A DNA stretch of 63,990 nucleotides, filler included, from Dimargaris cristalligena (lineage: Eukaryota): assembly GCA_003614675.1 (NCBI GenBank). It is 3 parts of 3 records of this genome, joined end to end, with 100 filler letters (N's around TTAATTAATTAA, not from the genome) between each part and the next. Parts side by side here need not be neighbours in the genome. Positions count along the whole stretch, not along the records: positions 1 to 21,697 come from ML002654.1; 2 more parts are not named here. The stretch is one strand, 5' to 3'. How positions within the stretch are numbered: position 1 is the first letter of the stretch; each line of letters opens with the position of its first letter. Under the pieces are notes generated by a model that saw only the letters and a list, made by a program, of their open reading frames with translations, was not told where the DNA came from and did no database searches. Below are positions 1-11,422 of the stretch, piece after piece. The translations under genes and the position numbers were made by a program.

Positions 1-1807
1 GGCTGGGCGACGGATGGATCGGCTGGCTAGAAATAATCGACGGTACGGCCGTGGGGAGTGGCGGGGAATCCCCCTTTTTACCCCGACTGCTAAAGACACT
101 GAATAGCTTTTTGCCGGGGAAGGGACTGTCTTTCTTTCCGGACATGTTACTTTTGGGGGTATCGCATGGACAGGGGTTGGCAGTCACTGCACTTGAGCTG
201 GTCTGGAAAGACATGCCCGGCTGAGTTGAAGTGGGGGAGGGTGGAGTAGAAGAATTGTGAGCGTGGCTACCGCTGGCGGATAGTGACCATGCGTTGGCCA
301 AAGCAGGCGATGAAGCCTGTCGATGCAAATTGGTACTGGGCCGCTGGTTGAGTCGAATTAATGGGGAGCCACGCGACCATGTCTTGTGGGGGGAAGGGGG
401 GCGAGAGTGGGGCAAGGAATCATACGAGTTGAGGGACAGTTGGCTGAGGTCAGGGAGATTGGACTCGGCTTGGCCGTGGTTGTAACTCTGAGGCGGAAAC
501 CTTGTTTCATTGACAGGAAGTAGGTTGGTAGCGATCGGATATGGCGTAGCGGTAGACGACCCGTGGGCCGAGTATGTCATTTGAAGCGACGCATCCCTCC
601 TGGGCCCAGGCGCACCCATTGCGGTATGTGTATTTACAGTCGGGGTTGGTTCATAATGTGGCACTACGTTGGATGGTACTGGCATAGAGACGACGTCCAC
701 ACTTGAGGCAACCAAGGGTGTGTCACCCGTGTCCTCGAGAGTTTTACAACCCGGCTGGGGTGGCGAATCGCTCCTGCGACTGGCCTTTGCCCCGTAGGGC
801 CGAATCATCTGATTGACCAACCTGAGGGCATTCTTGGTTATGGAATGCCCCTTAGGCTTGATCCCCGCCAGGTCAGTAATGCTTTCGCCCTTGCGTTTAA
901 TTCCGCCGGCAACTGGCTGATCTAGGGGGCAGTACGGAGCGCCACCGTTGGTCGTGTGCCAAGTACGCTCCGAATCAGCTACCGAATGTGCCGATGAGGC
1001 GACATTCGAGGAGTGTACTACTCCAGCAGAGGGGTACTCATAGGGGGCATTGGGTACTGGTGGAGTGACTGGCTGGGTGGACAAGAGGAAATGGGTTCCG
1101 GTGGCGTGGTCGGATAATCGAAGCAGGGGGGCAAAAAAGTCCAGGGCTAGTTTGGTGAAGGGGTTGCCTCGAATATGGAAAGCGACCAGAGAGTCCTGCA
1201 GTAGGCCTACATAGCTGGGGATGGTCATGAGATGGTTATAGCTCACGTCCAGCACCCGCAGACTGGTCAAGTTGGTTAAACTAATGTCTAAAAACGGGAG
1301 CTGGTTGTGGGAGAGGTCGAGTACTTCAAGGTTGGTCAACTGGCCCACGGCATCGGGAAACCGGCTGATCCGATTGTGGTCAAGGTATAGTTCGCGTAGA
1401 TTGTAGAGAAACCCCAGCTCGTAGGGTAACTCGGAGAGCTGATTACGGGAGAGGATCAGTGTGGATAGGCTATAGTAGTCCCGGTAGAGGGTTGGAGGCA
1501 CTTTCATGAGGCCATTGTTGCTGAGGTTGAGAACTTCACAGGGACCTTGCGGCATCGGTAGCGCAGTTAGTGATCGGTTGGATAGATCAAGGCACTTGTT
1601 ATAGGCCGTCTCGCAACTGTCGGCCATGGAGCTGCGAGTGGTTGTGGGTAGGGAGCCTACGGCAACGACGGGGGTCTGGCTATCGCTCCACAGCTCCGAA
1701 CCGGAAGAGACGGATACCTGACTACTGGTCAAGGTAGTGGGTGGGGGGTGACCGACCAAGGGCTTGTCCGCCCCCTGGGACTGTGGGGTCGCAGTGTGGG
1801 GCACCAT
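1..1807 (-). CDS. Leucine-rich-repeat protein, 3'-truncated by the window edge (N-terminal LRRs, then a Ser/Pro-rich low-complexity region)
   Basis: Absent from the ORF track, consistent with no stop codon inside the window. Manual translation from ATG 1807 gives ...CLDLSNRSLTALP..EVLNLSNNGLMKVP..LSTLILSRNQLSELPYELGFLYNLRELYLDHNRISRFPDAVGQLTNLEVLDLSHNQL..LTNLTSLRVLDVSYNHLMTIPSYVGLL..FHIRGNPF, about 6-7 LxxLxLxxNxL repeats with a GNP cap. Confidence 0.85.
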   Translation of the reverse strand, partial: MVPHTATPQSQGADKPLVGHPPPTTLTSSQVSVSSGSELWSDSQTPVVAVGSLPTTTRSSMADSCETAYNKCLDLSNRSLTALPMPQGPCEVLNLSNNGLMKVPPTLYRDYYSLSTLILSRNQLSELPYELGFLYNLRELYLDHNRISRFPDAVGQLTNLEVLDLSHNQLPFLDISLTNLTSLRVLDVSYNHLMTIPSYVGLLQDSLVAFHIRGNPFTKLALDFFAPLLRLSDHATGTHFLLSTQPVTPPVPNAPYEYPSAGVVHSSNVASSAHSVADSERTWHTTNGGAPYCPLDQPVAGGIKRKGESITDLAGIKPKGHSITKNALRLVNQMIRPYGAKASRRSDSPPQPGCKTLEDTGDTPLVASSVDVVSMPVPSNVVPHYEPTPTVNTHTAMGAPGPRRDASLQMTYSAHGSSTATPYPIATNLLPVNETRFPPQSYNHGQAESNLPDLSQLSLNSYDSLPHSRPPSPHKTWSRGSPLIRLNQRPSTNLHRQASSPALANAWSLSASGSHAHNSSTPPSPTSTQPGMSFQTSSSAVTANPCPCDTPKSNMSGKKDSPFPGKKLFSVFSSRGKKGDSPPLPTAVPSIISSQPIHPSPS

Positions 1808-4800
1808 GGAAATACGCGGGGAAAGGAAGATCCTATTCGATCTAAAGGTGCTGGCCAACAAGAGTTAAGAAGGGGGCAGTGAGTGAAATTAATCAACGCG
1901 AGAAGGGGTGATTCGAATACACACGCACACACACGGATATCCCTAGGATAGGAACGTGGATAGCCCAATGGACGATGTTGCTCTGGAAATCCCTAAAAAC
2001 AAAATAGCCCAAGGAAAGCGATATATAAATTACAAAGTGAGAAAAAAATGAGTTCCAGTAAAGGGAAGAAAATGGGTGATTAGACATCAGTAGGCCTATG
2101 ACCCCTCTGGCATGCGAGGTGCCAAGATTAGCACCTTGGGGTATAATCAGAATCGTTAGGCCGTAGGTGGAATTGGAATGCGTCAGGGGTCAAATTGACA
2201 ATATACACCGGGTCCCACCGGAAGGACTGAGAGGATGCTCGTCCCACCTTCCCAAAAATTAAATATGGATCAATGTGATAAAGAACAATGGGGGGAAATA
2301 CACAATTTCGCCAATCCAGCAGCTGAAAGTAGGACTAGTATGCTTGAGAAATGTACCGAAGCAATAACACTGCCGAATAGGTATGCTATTTCCAAAGACG
2401 CAGAAACACCAATTATGAAAAAGACGGTTCGATGGGATTGTCGCTAATTGAGGAACTTAGAACTAAATTTCAGAAAAAGTACACTGTAGGTCTGAAGAAC
2501 CATATGTATTAAAGGAGTGTCTGAGGCGAATCCAAGGCAAGCTAATGCACGAATAGGAGAGTGCTAGTAAGCAATTGAGAGGGGGAAAATGGCGGTAATA
2601 ATAAAATAGACCAAGCAGTGTGGAGAGGTGCAAAGAGGTGTGAAGAAGGTAGCACATATACCTGCACCAGACAACCCACCCATGACCCAATGGCGCTGCG
2701 GAGGCATGGGCACACCCACACTCAATCAGGTTGAATCTGTGGGTGCCTGTACTGCCTCTGAGCCAGAAGTGATTGGAAATCGGGGGAAGAATCGCAGACC
2801 ATGGGGGGAGGGAGTGGGAGAGGGGAAGGGCACCACTGACCTCCTTCAACCTTTCCCGTACAACTAACCAGTCGACCATGTCGCCGCCCAAGGGCGGTTA
2901 TAAGTCGGCAGAAAAGACGTCGTATTGACAAGGTCCCAGAGGGTGAGGGAACCTTCGGTAGGGACACCGCAGGGTCACAAAGAAAATGGGATAGTATAAC
3001 GGGAGGGGGAATAAAGGGACACTAGCCTGTGAACGCGGGGTGTGGTATGAACCCCACCACCACTCACCCGGTGACCTAACTTTAGCCTACAGTGTGGAGG
3101 GGGGGCTCAGTGGGAGTTTTCTTAGCGTATGTTGTCCAGCATGGAGCTGGGACTGCCTCCAGAAGTAGGAAACCCGGCTAACTGGGCCTGAGGGAACTTA
3201 AAGTGAAGATGGGTGACGATACTTACTCTATTGGACACAGTCAAGGAGCGGTGAAGGCACTAAAAATAGTGGAACAAGCCAGGTAGAGTCACACCAGTGT
3301 AACGAATGGCCGAGTGAGGTAATTTGAACCGGGTCTAGTAGGTTGGGGACTGGGTGAGAGAGAAGTGGAGTGTGGAGAGGAAAGTCGGTCACTTGGACAG
3401 TTAGAATTAGAGGAAATGTAGAGACACTAAAGAGAAGATAGAGAGACAAGGGGGAAAGAGTCGACGGGTATAAAAAAGGTCGAGGGGTTAGAATAACGCT
3501 ACTGATTTTAAAGGATGGCAATAAGAAATAGTCAGAAGCCAGAAAGAAATGCGGTGGGCGTAAGAGAAATAAGGAGAGGGAGGGAAAAGCCTGGCGCGGC
3601 GGTCGGTAAGTGGATACGTATTAATGCAGAGGCTTTTTGGTGAGAGGTGAGGCCAGCGTAAACTAAAGTTCCAATTAATCCGCTGAAAGATAGAGTGGAA
3701 GAGAAAAGAAGCAGGTGGGAAAGGCGACCGAAGAACCGGGGGAGGTATATAAGGTAGGAGTTGTATATGGAGAAGCAGCCCCACAGGCAGTTGCTGCCCT
3801 AGGAAATACAACACTGGAAGAAAGAGGGACTGGGCTGAAAGACAGCTTGGAAGAGTGGCGGGGAATTGGGGATATATTGAATAGGAGCGGCGGGAGAGGG
3901 CCAAGCATAAATACAGGTGAGGAAGACAGTTCTTGGAAAACGATCATAACAGAAGACCGCATAATAATAAAGAGGTTAATGGGGAGGGAGCTAAATAATA
4001 AAAATAAACCATAGAGAGGAAAGGGGGGGAGAGGTGTGAAGGGGGAGGGAGAACGGTGATTGCCCAGGCTAACCGAAGAAACCTTGCGCGAAGCCTCTCT
4101 CCTTATTTATCTCTCTCTCTCTCTCTATGTTGGCAGTTATGTGGCCCACGATTTGTTGTGGGTTAAAGATATTGACGTATAGGGAGGGATTACTGTTTTG
4201 GGTAATGAGAACAAAATAATACCGAGCGAGTGAGGGCAATCCTCATTAAAGGACGTTAGACTAAAGCTTACCGACAGAGGGAGTAGATCGCTGGGTGGAT
4301 AATTGGAGTGCAGGGGCGATGGCCAAAGGGGGGTATTTTAGAGGGTTAAGGGAGGGACGATCCAGGCAGATGATGAAGATGGGCCGGCTCTAGACGAGAT
4401 AGGTGGGAGAGTGAGCGATAAGATGGAGCAGTGAAGATCCTGATGCAACAGCAAGTATGGGCGGTGTTGACTGACAGGTATGGGCGGAGTATCGGTCAAA
4501 TTAATGAACACTGGGAATATGAAAAGGAACCAGCGAGAGGAGATACAAGTAAAGTATAATCAAATAAAGGAAGGTAAAGGAAAGGAAAGTTGAGTTAAGT
4601 TAAGTAGAGAAAGAAAGAAAGCAGGCAAGGAGAGAAGCGCGGTCAAGAGGGGTAAAAAGGGCAACTGGGATGATATGATTGCATGTATGCGCGTTGAGTC
4701 GTCCGTCAGTATATGCTGAATTCGTCACCGTATGCGCGCCACGAGTGCATCAGTGTACATTGGGTGCTACGAACCAAAATGGAGCAGGGCAATTCTATAG

Positions 4801-5837
4801 TTGTTAAAGCGTAGGAAGGAGTAAACCCCAAAAAGGTAAGGTAAGCAAAAGCAAAAGAAATAGGTTAAGGGGAAGAGAAGAGAAGAGAGAAGAGAGGTGG
4901 AGTGAGAGGGCGGAGAATAGGCGGGGGGAAGAAAAACGATAGAAGAAGAGAGACAGAGAGGGGTGTGTGATTATGGTTGGTGTAACCAGTAGGATCCCGG
5001 CAATTCGAATAATAGTTGGGGCGCACATGTATTATATTATATTATATACATATACTAAGGTTCTGAATCTGAACACTATCAACGCCTCCGCCCCGCCCCG
5101 CCCAATCCAATGAAACCGCGACGATGGCGAGTATACAAATACAATGTCCCGATTCTATTGTCCGCTTGGTCACCGCGTATCCCACCACTTCCCTCTATTT
5201 TCCACTAGTGCCTCCCCACTTATCGAAGCGAAAGGAATTGAAGAAAAAGGATGGTCCTACCTAGAAAAAACCATCCAGCGTCGTGCACTCACGTGGTCAG
5301 TTATAGGGCGACCGGCCCTCTCGCACGCGTGTCGTGTGCATATCATCGTCCTGTCCCGTTATTCGGATGAGTCCGTGTGTAAAATACCCACCCTCCTCTC
5401 CACAGGGGCTGAAACGGAGAGGAAGTGCGGGGAGGGGGGACTCAGCTACGACGAGCCTAGCCAACCAAGCAGCAGAGCAATACACAACTCCTACGCGCGG
5501 AGTCGGTGGCCCCTGGGCGGGGTTTCCCCACCACGCCCTGTAGCATATACCCTACCTGATCCCTCATTTTACTTATATTTACCTGCCTTAACTAAGTGCC
5601 CTCTCTCTCTCTCTCTCTCTCCGCCCCTTCCTATTTATTCACCCCGCTGGAGCGTGTTTGGTTCTCCTCTCACTGAAATTCCGTGCGAGGGGGCACTGCC
5701 TCTCTTTACAGTATTGATTGGTCACGTTTCCGATTGCCTCTCCACCCATGGCTCTGCTTACGTGAGCTATTGCCCATTCGTTTAGCTGCATGTTAACATC
5801 AATAACATTGACCATTGTATATTACAGTACAGCTCTA

Positions 5838-5862
5838 AAGAGAGAGAGAGAGAGAGAGAGAG
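5838..5862. repeat. (AG)n microsatellite (others near 4110, 5602, 13359, 47024)
   Basis: Direct inspection. Confidence 0.9.
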
Positions 5863-6713
5863 GCCTAATATCAGGCTTTATATAGTCGGATCACCTGGAT
5901 CTAATAGCCCGTAACGGCCACCTCGTTGATCAGCGACATCAACAAACCTATTCGTCACTCGTCGACGTCAGCGCCGTTATCAACAAACGTCCCTACTGAC
6001 GCCAATTTACATTGTCTTCCCTTCTTCTTCACTCTTCCGGCGGTTGCTTTTCATTGTTTTGATTTCAGGGACCGGGGGTTTTTCGGTAGATCCCCCCCAC
6101 ACACATTCCATTTATATTTAATGGGGTGGACTTTCCAATTTCCTTTTTAGGAACCTTTCAGGCTATTGTGGGGAACGATATTCCCGACCCATACTTCCTT
6201 CTGACATAGGTAAATGAGTAGGGGGTGCATTGGTAGAACACCTCGAGTTGGGGTTTCGGATCCAACTGCCCCGACATGGACCGTTAGATCCACCGATATG
6301 TATTGTACAAGCACCTTATCCTTGTCCAATGCCCCAAGTATCGCACCAGGTCCAAAATCATATTATATATATATTTAAAAAACAACATCCGTAACTGGAT
6401 CAGTCAAGCCCGCATTATAATCCAATAATAAACTATGCATCATGCGCTGCTACATTCAACCAGTTATATATTATATATAAACACATATATGCGCCTGTTG
6501 TATAATTCAAGGCTATATCGGGAAAAAGAAAGGTCGATCGATAAATGGGGTAGTAGTGATAAGGGCTTAAAAAGATACATTATAGAACCCACCCCATTGG
6601 CCCCCGGGGTAGTTCCGTCACCGCCCCTCCAATAACAGTGCCATTACTGGGGTACTTCTAACATAATTAAATATCGCGAACGGATGCACCGAGTTAGAAT
6701 CCGGCGATATTAG

Positions 6714-8589
6714 TTATAACGAGACGGCATTGACCAATTGTAGGTTGCGGGACTTGAAGAAAGGCCGGGCCCTCCGCCGGGATTGCTCAACAGCCGCGTG
6801 GACCGGTTTGTCATGAAGGCGGGCACGAGACTGCTGCAGGGATTCGGGCGAGATCCGGGTAAATACGCCGGTCGATATACGTGGTCGAATAGACTCCGCG
6901 AACTGATCTACAGTTCGTAAGGGCCGCGGTCTGGTGGCTTTGGTCAGCATAGCTTTGCTGGTGTAAACGGATGGTTCCATGGCTGCATCTTCTACGTCGG
7001 GCCTACGGTAGATGATCCAGACGGGGAAATTAGACGGGTACGTGTGTGGTAGTGGGGTTAGTATTGGGATATCCCGGTGACAGTGGGCCACCCAATTGGA
7101 AATGAGGGGTGATCACATTAATACCACAGAGTGACCCCGTTAGCCAGGTCAATCTATACTTTAATGGAACTACTTACCATTTCACCTCAACGCCCTTCGC
7201 GTTCACTAGTTTCTCGCAGGTGGCCCAGCTGAACCGAATGATACCCGGGTAGCCAAAGACCGGGTCCAGATGACCATGTAGCCATTTGACTGTGTTGGGG
7301 TCGGACGGGTAACCTGAGCCGAATTGGGTGGACCAGGGGGAGCTGTTGCTGTTGTTAGCGTCTAAGCCGGGACTATACGTTAGTTCATCTCTGTTGATGG
7401 GGGCGATGGATTCGGAGAACCGCCAGTGAAGCAGGACGGCATCGCGAATTACCTTGGCGCAGATACTGGCAGCACTGACAATGGGGAAGAGGCTGTCGGC
7501 CTTTTTGGTCACCGTGAACTGGATGCCCGGGAAAATCCGACTGAGTTTGTCTTGGTATTTTTCCGGCGGGCCTACTGTATCCACATATACCTTATATGCA
7601 TGGGAGAAATACAAACCGGGTATTGGTTTAATTAGCCGAAAATCGATTATATGCAGTGAATGCGGAGATGATGCCAGTTGGAAAGCTGGGCCTGATGGAT
7701 GATGTAAATCATCGAACTGGCCGAATCGATATATGCGCATGAACGGTTTTTTAAGCCGGGGTAGGGTAAAGGGCCTGTGACTTATGCCGCCCTTGGGCAA
7801 TCCCGCATTCATTCAAAAATCCATGGGAAGTGTGAAGCCAGCCCTGGTGGAGAGAGAAATAGGCCATCTTGTCACAGGGGGGGACTTACCTCTTTGACAT
7901 TCACCCCACGCGCCAGAGTTTCCTTAATTAAGCCAATCGTGGTATCATGGGCAATGGCGTTGAGGTTGTATTTGGCCGTACGCAACATCCAATTGGACAA
8001 GTCCTGGGGGGACAGCACTTTGACCGCCCACCCGATCCGTTCCCGCTGGTGGGGAAGTTGCATAGATTCAAACAGGGGGTTCCGCATGGGTTCGGTGAGT
8101 ACTTTGGAATCATCGACGCCGAGTTTGGCGACGAAGTCCTGCTCACTAAAGGCCGCGTAGCAGATACCGTATACCATGGGTCCTAGCACGGGCCCACGGC
8201 CGGCTTCATCGACTCCGAGGATACAGGGAGGGGCGGCGGTATTGGAAAGTTCGTCGGAGCTTTTGCAGGTGGAGGGGATGGGGGAGTGATGGGTCCACGA
8301 GGCCACCAGAGGTTCACCTAGGGGCAGGCCCAAATCGATGAGAGCTAGTAGAGCAAGGGAATGCCGTGTAGCGAGTGGTAGAATGGGGGAAGCGAGTACG
8401 CTATAGGGTGATGAGTGCATAGTAAGGAAAGTATACTACCACCTTCTTGGTCGGCGGGTATATGCGGGGTTCGAAGTTAACGGAGGACCAGTGCGTGCTT
8501 GGGTCGGTCGGTGGGTTACCTTTCTCGCGGGGGTGGAGCTCGGCGGGGGCGGCATATGCCGGCTTGCAGGTGCGGAGGTGACCAAGCAT
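6714..8589 (-). CDS. RNH201: Ribonuclease H2 catalytic subunit A, multi-exon. Probable exons: 8589-8520 (uncertain), ~8328-7890, 7590-7178, 7002-6714
   Basis: Motifs CILGVDEAGRGPVLGPMVY, DSK, VYVDTVG, KADSLFPIVSAASICAKVIRD, GSGYPSDPNT, GYPGIIRFSW. GTAAGT donors at 7889 and 7177 and AG acceptors at 7591 and 7003 keep the frame. Last exon ends FFKSRNLQLVNAVSL, like the RNASEH2A C-terminal motif. The first exon and start codon are ambiguous. Confidence 0.93.
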
Positions 8590-9349
8590 GGTGACGACAA
8601 TCGTCAAGGGAGAAGAGAAAATAGTAGGGTTTAGGAACAACAAGAATAGATAAAGAGGGAAGTAATGGTAATGCGGTGAAGGTGCCAGCCGGCTCAATGT
8701 GTCCAGGTATCGAGATCGCAGTGGCTTGAAGAGGGGAAGGTCGAACCAGCGCAACGCAGACAGAGAGCTACAGTAGGTGTAATAAAAGAGTGGCTTAGGG
8801 GAATCGAACGGGTGGCACTGGGGAGGGCAGTGTATCTGTTATATACGAGATACATGTCCATAGCAATTGTGGCCCCTGACTCGAGAGCCTCGATGAACGA
8901 GGGGGACAATAATCCCAGCCAATTTGGAAGTCCATCGATTCCCACACCACCAGGTGTCCAAGCGATAATTATCCAGGTTATGGCAGTGTTTTGTTTACAA
9001 CTGGCCCGCCCAGAACCTCCCGCTTCCACAACCACTGGGCCAACCACCATTTCCAAACCTACCCATTTTCCTGGAACCAACTCGGCTTAGTTGATTGACA
9101 ATTCATTCACATGGTCTTCCTTTCTCTATCTTCACCCCTCAACACAGTCCCTTTTTTACCCGTAACTACGCCAACCTCGTCGTTATTGCCCATCTACAAG
9201 TATATTGACTTCTATTTTTATTATCGAGCATTAAACTTTGACCACAGCCTTGTCCAACCACTTTTCCACCCTTCTACACCACTCATTCCCCTCACCTGTA
9301 TTTATTTTTCTCTCTCTATTTTTCTCTGCCTTTACTATTCTATTTCACC

Positions 9350-10471
9350 ATGAGTCACGGCCACGCACCCCCTCCCACCGAGTTTCAACTGCCGAATGCG
9401 CCAGCCGACGGCATCTCTTCCCTCACTTTTAGTCCCACCCAGCCCGATCGGCTGCTGGTGACCTCCTGGGACAAGACCATTCGCCTCTACGATGTCAGCC
9501 AGCCGGTCCTACTCGGCCAGTACGAAACCGCCGCCGCCGTGCTCGATGCGTGTTTCGCTGGGACCAGTCCCAAACGGATCTATAGCGGGGGTCTAGATCC
9601 CGTGGTCCGGGGCTGGGATATCGAAACCCGGACCCAGGTATCCCTGGGCACCCACGAAGCCCCCGTCAAATGCGTCAAGTTCGCCGACGCCCACGGGGTG
9701 GTAGTCACGGGCAGTTGGGACAAAACCGTGGGCCTTTGGGACCCCCGTGCGTCGGCCGCTACCGCCGTGGCCCGCATCGGCCTCGAGAGCACCGACGCGG
9801 AAATTCTGGTTGCCTGGGCCCAGGGCGATGCCTCGTCTGCTTCCGCCAATGGCCCCGACCAGCTCCAGGTGGGCCGCTATATGCAACCTGAGCGGGTCTT
9901 CTCCCTAGACGTCGTGGACCATACTATCGTGGTGGCCATGGCCGGGCGCCACGTATTTCTCTACGATATCCGGAACATGAAGGAAACCCTGCAACGCCGC
10001 GAAAGTTCCCTCAAGTACATGACCCGGGCCGTCCGCTGCATGCCCGACGGCCGCGGTTACGTGACCAGTTCCATCGAAGGTCGCGTGGCGGTGGAGTTCT
10101 TCGACCCCGCCCCCGCCGCCCAGGCCCATAAATACGCCTTCAAATGTCATCGCCAAGTGGTCCAGGGCGTCGACGTGGTTTACCCCGTTAATGCCCTGGC
10201 GTTCCACCCCACCCAGGGTACCTTTGCGTCCGGGGGGTCCGACGGAATCGTTAATATTTGGGACGGGTTTAATAAAAAGCGGCTAAGGCAGTACCCGAAA
10301 TACCCCGCGTCCATTTCGGCCCTGGCTTTTAACTGTACCGGTAATTGGTTGGCTATTGCGTCGTCCTATACTTACGATGAAGGCGAAAAGGAACATCCCG
10401 CGGATGCCATCTTCATCCGGCCTATTTCGGAAAGTGAAGTGCGGCCTAAATTGCCCCACCCCAAGGCTTAG
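9350..10471 (+). CDS. BUB3: Spindle-checkpoint WD40 protein Bub3, single exon
   Basis: DGISSLTFSP..LLVTSWD, QRRESSLKYMTR, SSIEGRVAVEFFDP, KYAFKCHR, YPVNALAFHP..GTFASGGSDG..IWDGFNKKRLRQ, IASSY are Bub3-type rather than Rae1/Gle2-type signatures. Confidence 0.95.
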   Translation: MSHGHAPPPTEFQLPNAPADGISSLTFSPTQPDRLLVTSWDKTIRLYDVSQPVLLGQYETAAAVLDACFAGTSPKRIYSGGLDPVVRGWDIETRTQVSLGTHEAPVKCVKFADAHGVVVTGSWDKTVGLWDPRASAATAVARIGLESTDAEILVAWAQGDASSASANGPDQLQVGRYMQPERVFSLDVVDHTIVVAMAGRHVFLYDIRNMKETLQRRESSLKYMTRAVRCMPDGRGYVTSSIEGRVAVEFFDPAPAAQAHKYAFKCHRQVVQGVDVVYPVNALAFHPTQGTFASGGSDGIVNIWDGFNKKRLRQYPKYPASISALAFNCTGNWLAIASSYTYDEGEKEHPADAIFIRPISESEVRPKLPHPKA

Positions 10472-10972
10472 AGACCCGGGTCCGATTGTGCGCATATATA
10501 CATACCTATATATATATATATATTATTTTTTTCACCCTCCCCCAAGGGTCCTCTTTCTGCCTTGGCTTTTACAACATTTTCTTTTCTTTCGCTTGTCGAT
10601 CCGGCCTGTTAATCTGTTTAGTTTGATTGATGAATAGTCTCTTCACAAAAATCACCCCACTCTGCATCATACCCCAATTTGACATTAATCAATAAATACT
10701 CCCGACCAACCTGATTCCGGTAGGTATCTTACCGATGTAACGATTCCTTTATATATACATGGAGATGTATCGATAGATAGGTTTTACTTTACCGCGCAGT
10801 ATTTCAGTCAATTGTTTATAGTACACGAGTAGATTTTATTATTTCCGAATGGGATTTGGTTAACCTAAGGAGCCGGTATGCGTTTAATCATGTGCCAGCG
10901 AATGTCTAGCAATTTGAGCCATACCTGGCCCACCCCGGCCTAAACTCCGACCAACGAAGAGGAGGTGGTGGA

Positions 10973-11422
10973 CTAGTAGCCATCGTAGCCCAAATTAGCC
11001 ATCCGGGGGTTCAGCATGACGGTCCCGGCAATGGTCGATACCTTATTAATCACCGGTTTCAGACCCTCTTCCAACCGGGGCCGCAGCGTCAACAACTGGC
11101 CCATATGGGCATCCAAGTCGGCCAACAGCACGCACTGCACCGAGGAAAAACTAAAGTAAATATACTGGAACCGCTCCCCGACGCACACGGTGGCTTTCAT
11201 GGTTTCCATGCCGAGCCGTTTGAGCTTGTCGACCGCTTGTACGAGTTGGGTGGTCAAGGTCGGGTCGCATGCGATAGGTCCGCCAGAGGCAGAGGCAGTG
11301 GTGGTGGGTCGGCCGGGGCGCTGCTTGAAGGAAATGAGAATGCCGTCGGGGTCGGTGAGGAGGATGGCCTGGAGACCCGGGTGGTCCTCGAAAATGGGAG
11401 TGAAGAGGGGGTCGGATGCCAT
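10973..11422 (-). CDS. Roadblock/LAMTOR3 (MP1)-like Ragulator subunit, about 149 aa
   Basis: ATG at 11422 within the longer ORF. GLQAILLTDPDGILI..., AVDKLKRLGMETMKATVCVGERFQYIYF...CVLLADLDAHMGQLLTLRPRLEEGLKP follows the LAMTOR3 pattern (GLxAIxxxDRDG; KLGLxxNKxI; A..AN.G.I..L). Confidence 0.75.
   Translation of the reverse strand: MASDPLFTPIFEDHPGLQAILLTDPDGILISFKQRPGRPTTTASASGGPIACDPTLTTQLVQAVDKLKRLGMETMKATVCVGERFQYIYFSFSSVQCVLLADLDAHMGQLLTLRPRLEEGLKPVINKVSTIAGTVMLNPRMANLGYDGY

Noticed and set aside
4366..4446. ATGATGA...CTGA with a 3-bp closing stem as a box C/D snoRNA
   Set aside because: No rRNA-antisense guide I can recognise, weak internal boxes, and purine-rich context where such words arise by chance.
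5144..5785. 213-aa ORF
   Set aside because: No recognisable motifs, runs through a (CT)n microsatellite, promoter/UTR-like composition.
7591..7889. TPP riboswitch or SECIS element in the structured intron
   Set aside because: TPP core motifs (CUGAGA, GAUAAUGCCAGCG-like) are absent, and no selenoprotein-like in-frame TGA gene is evident in the window.
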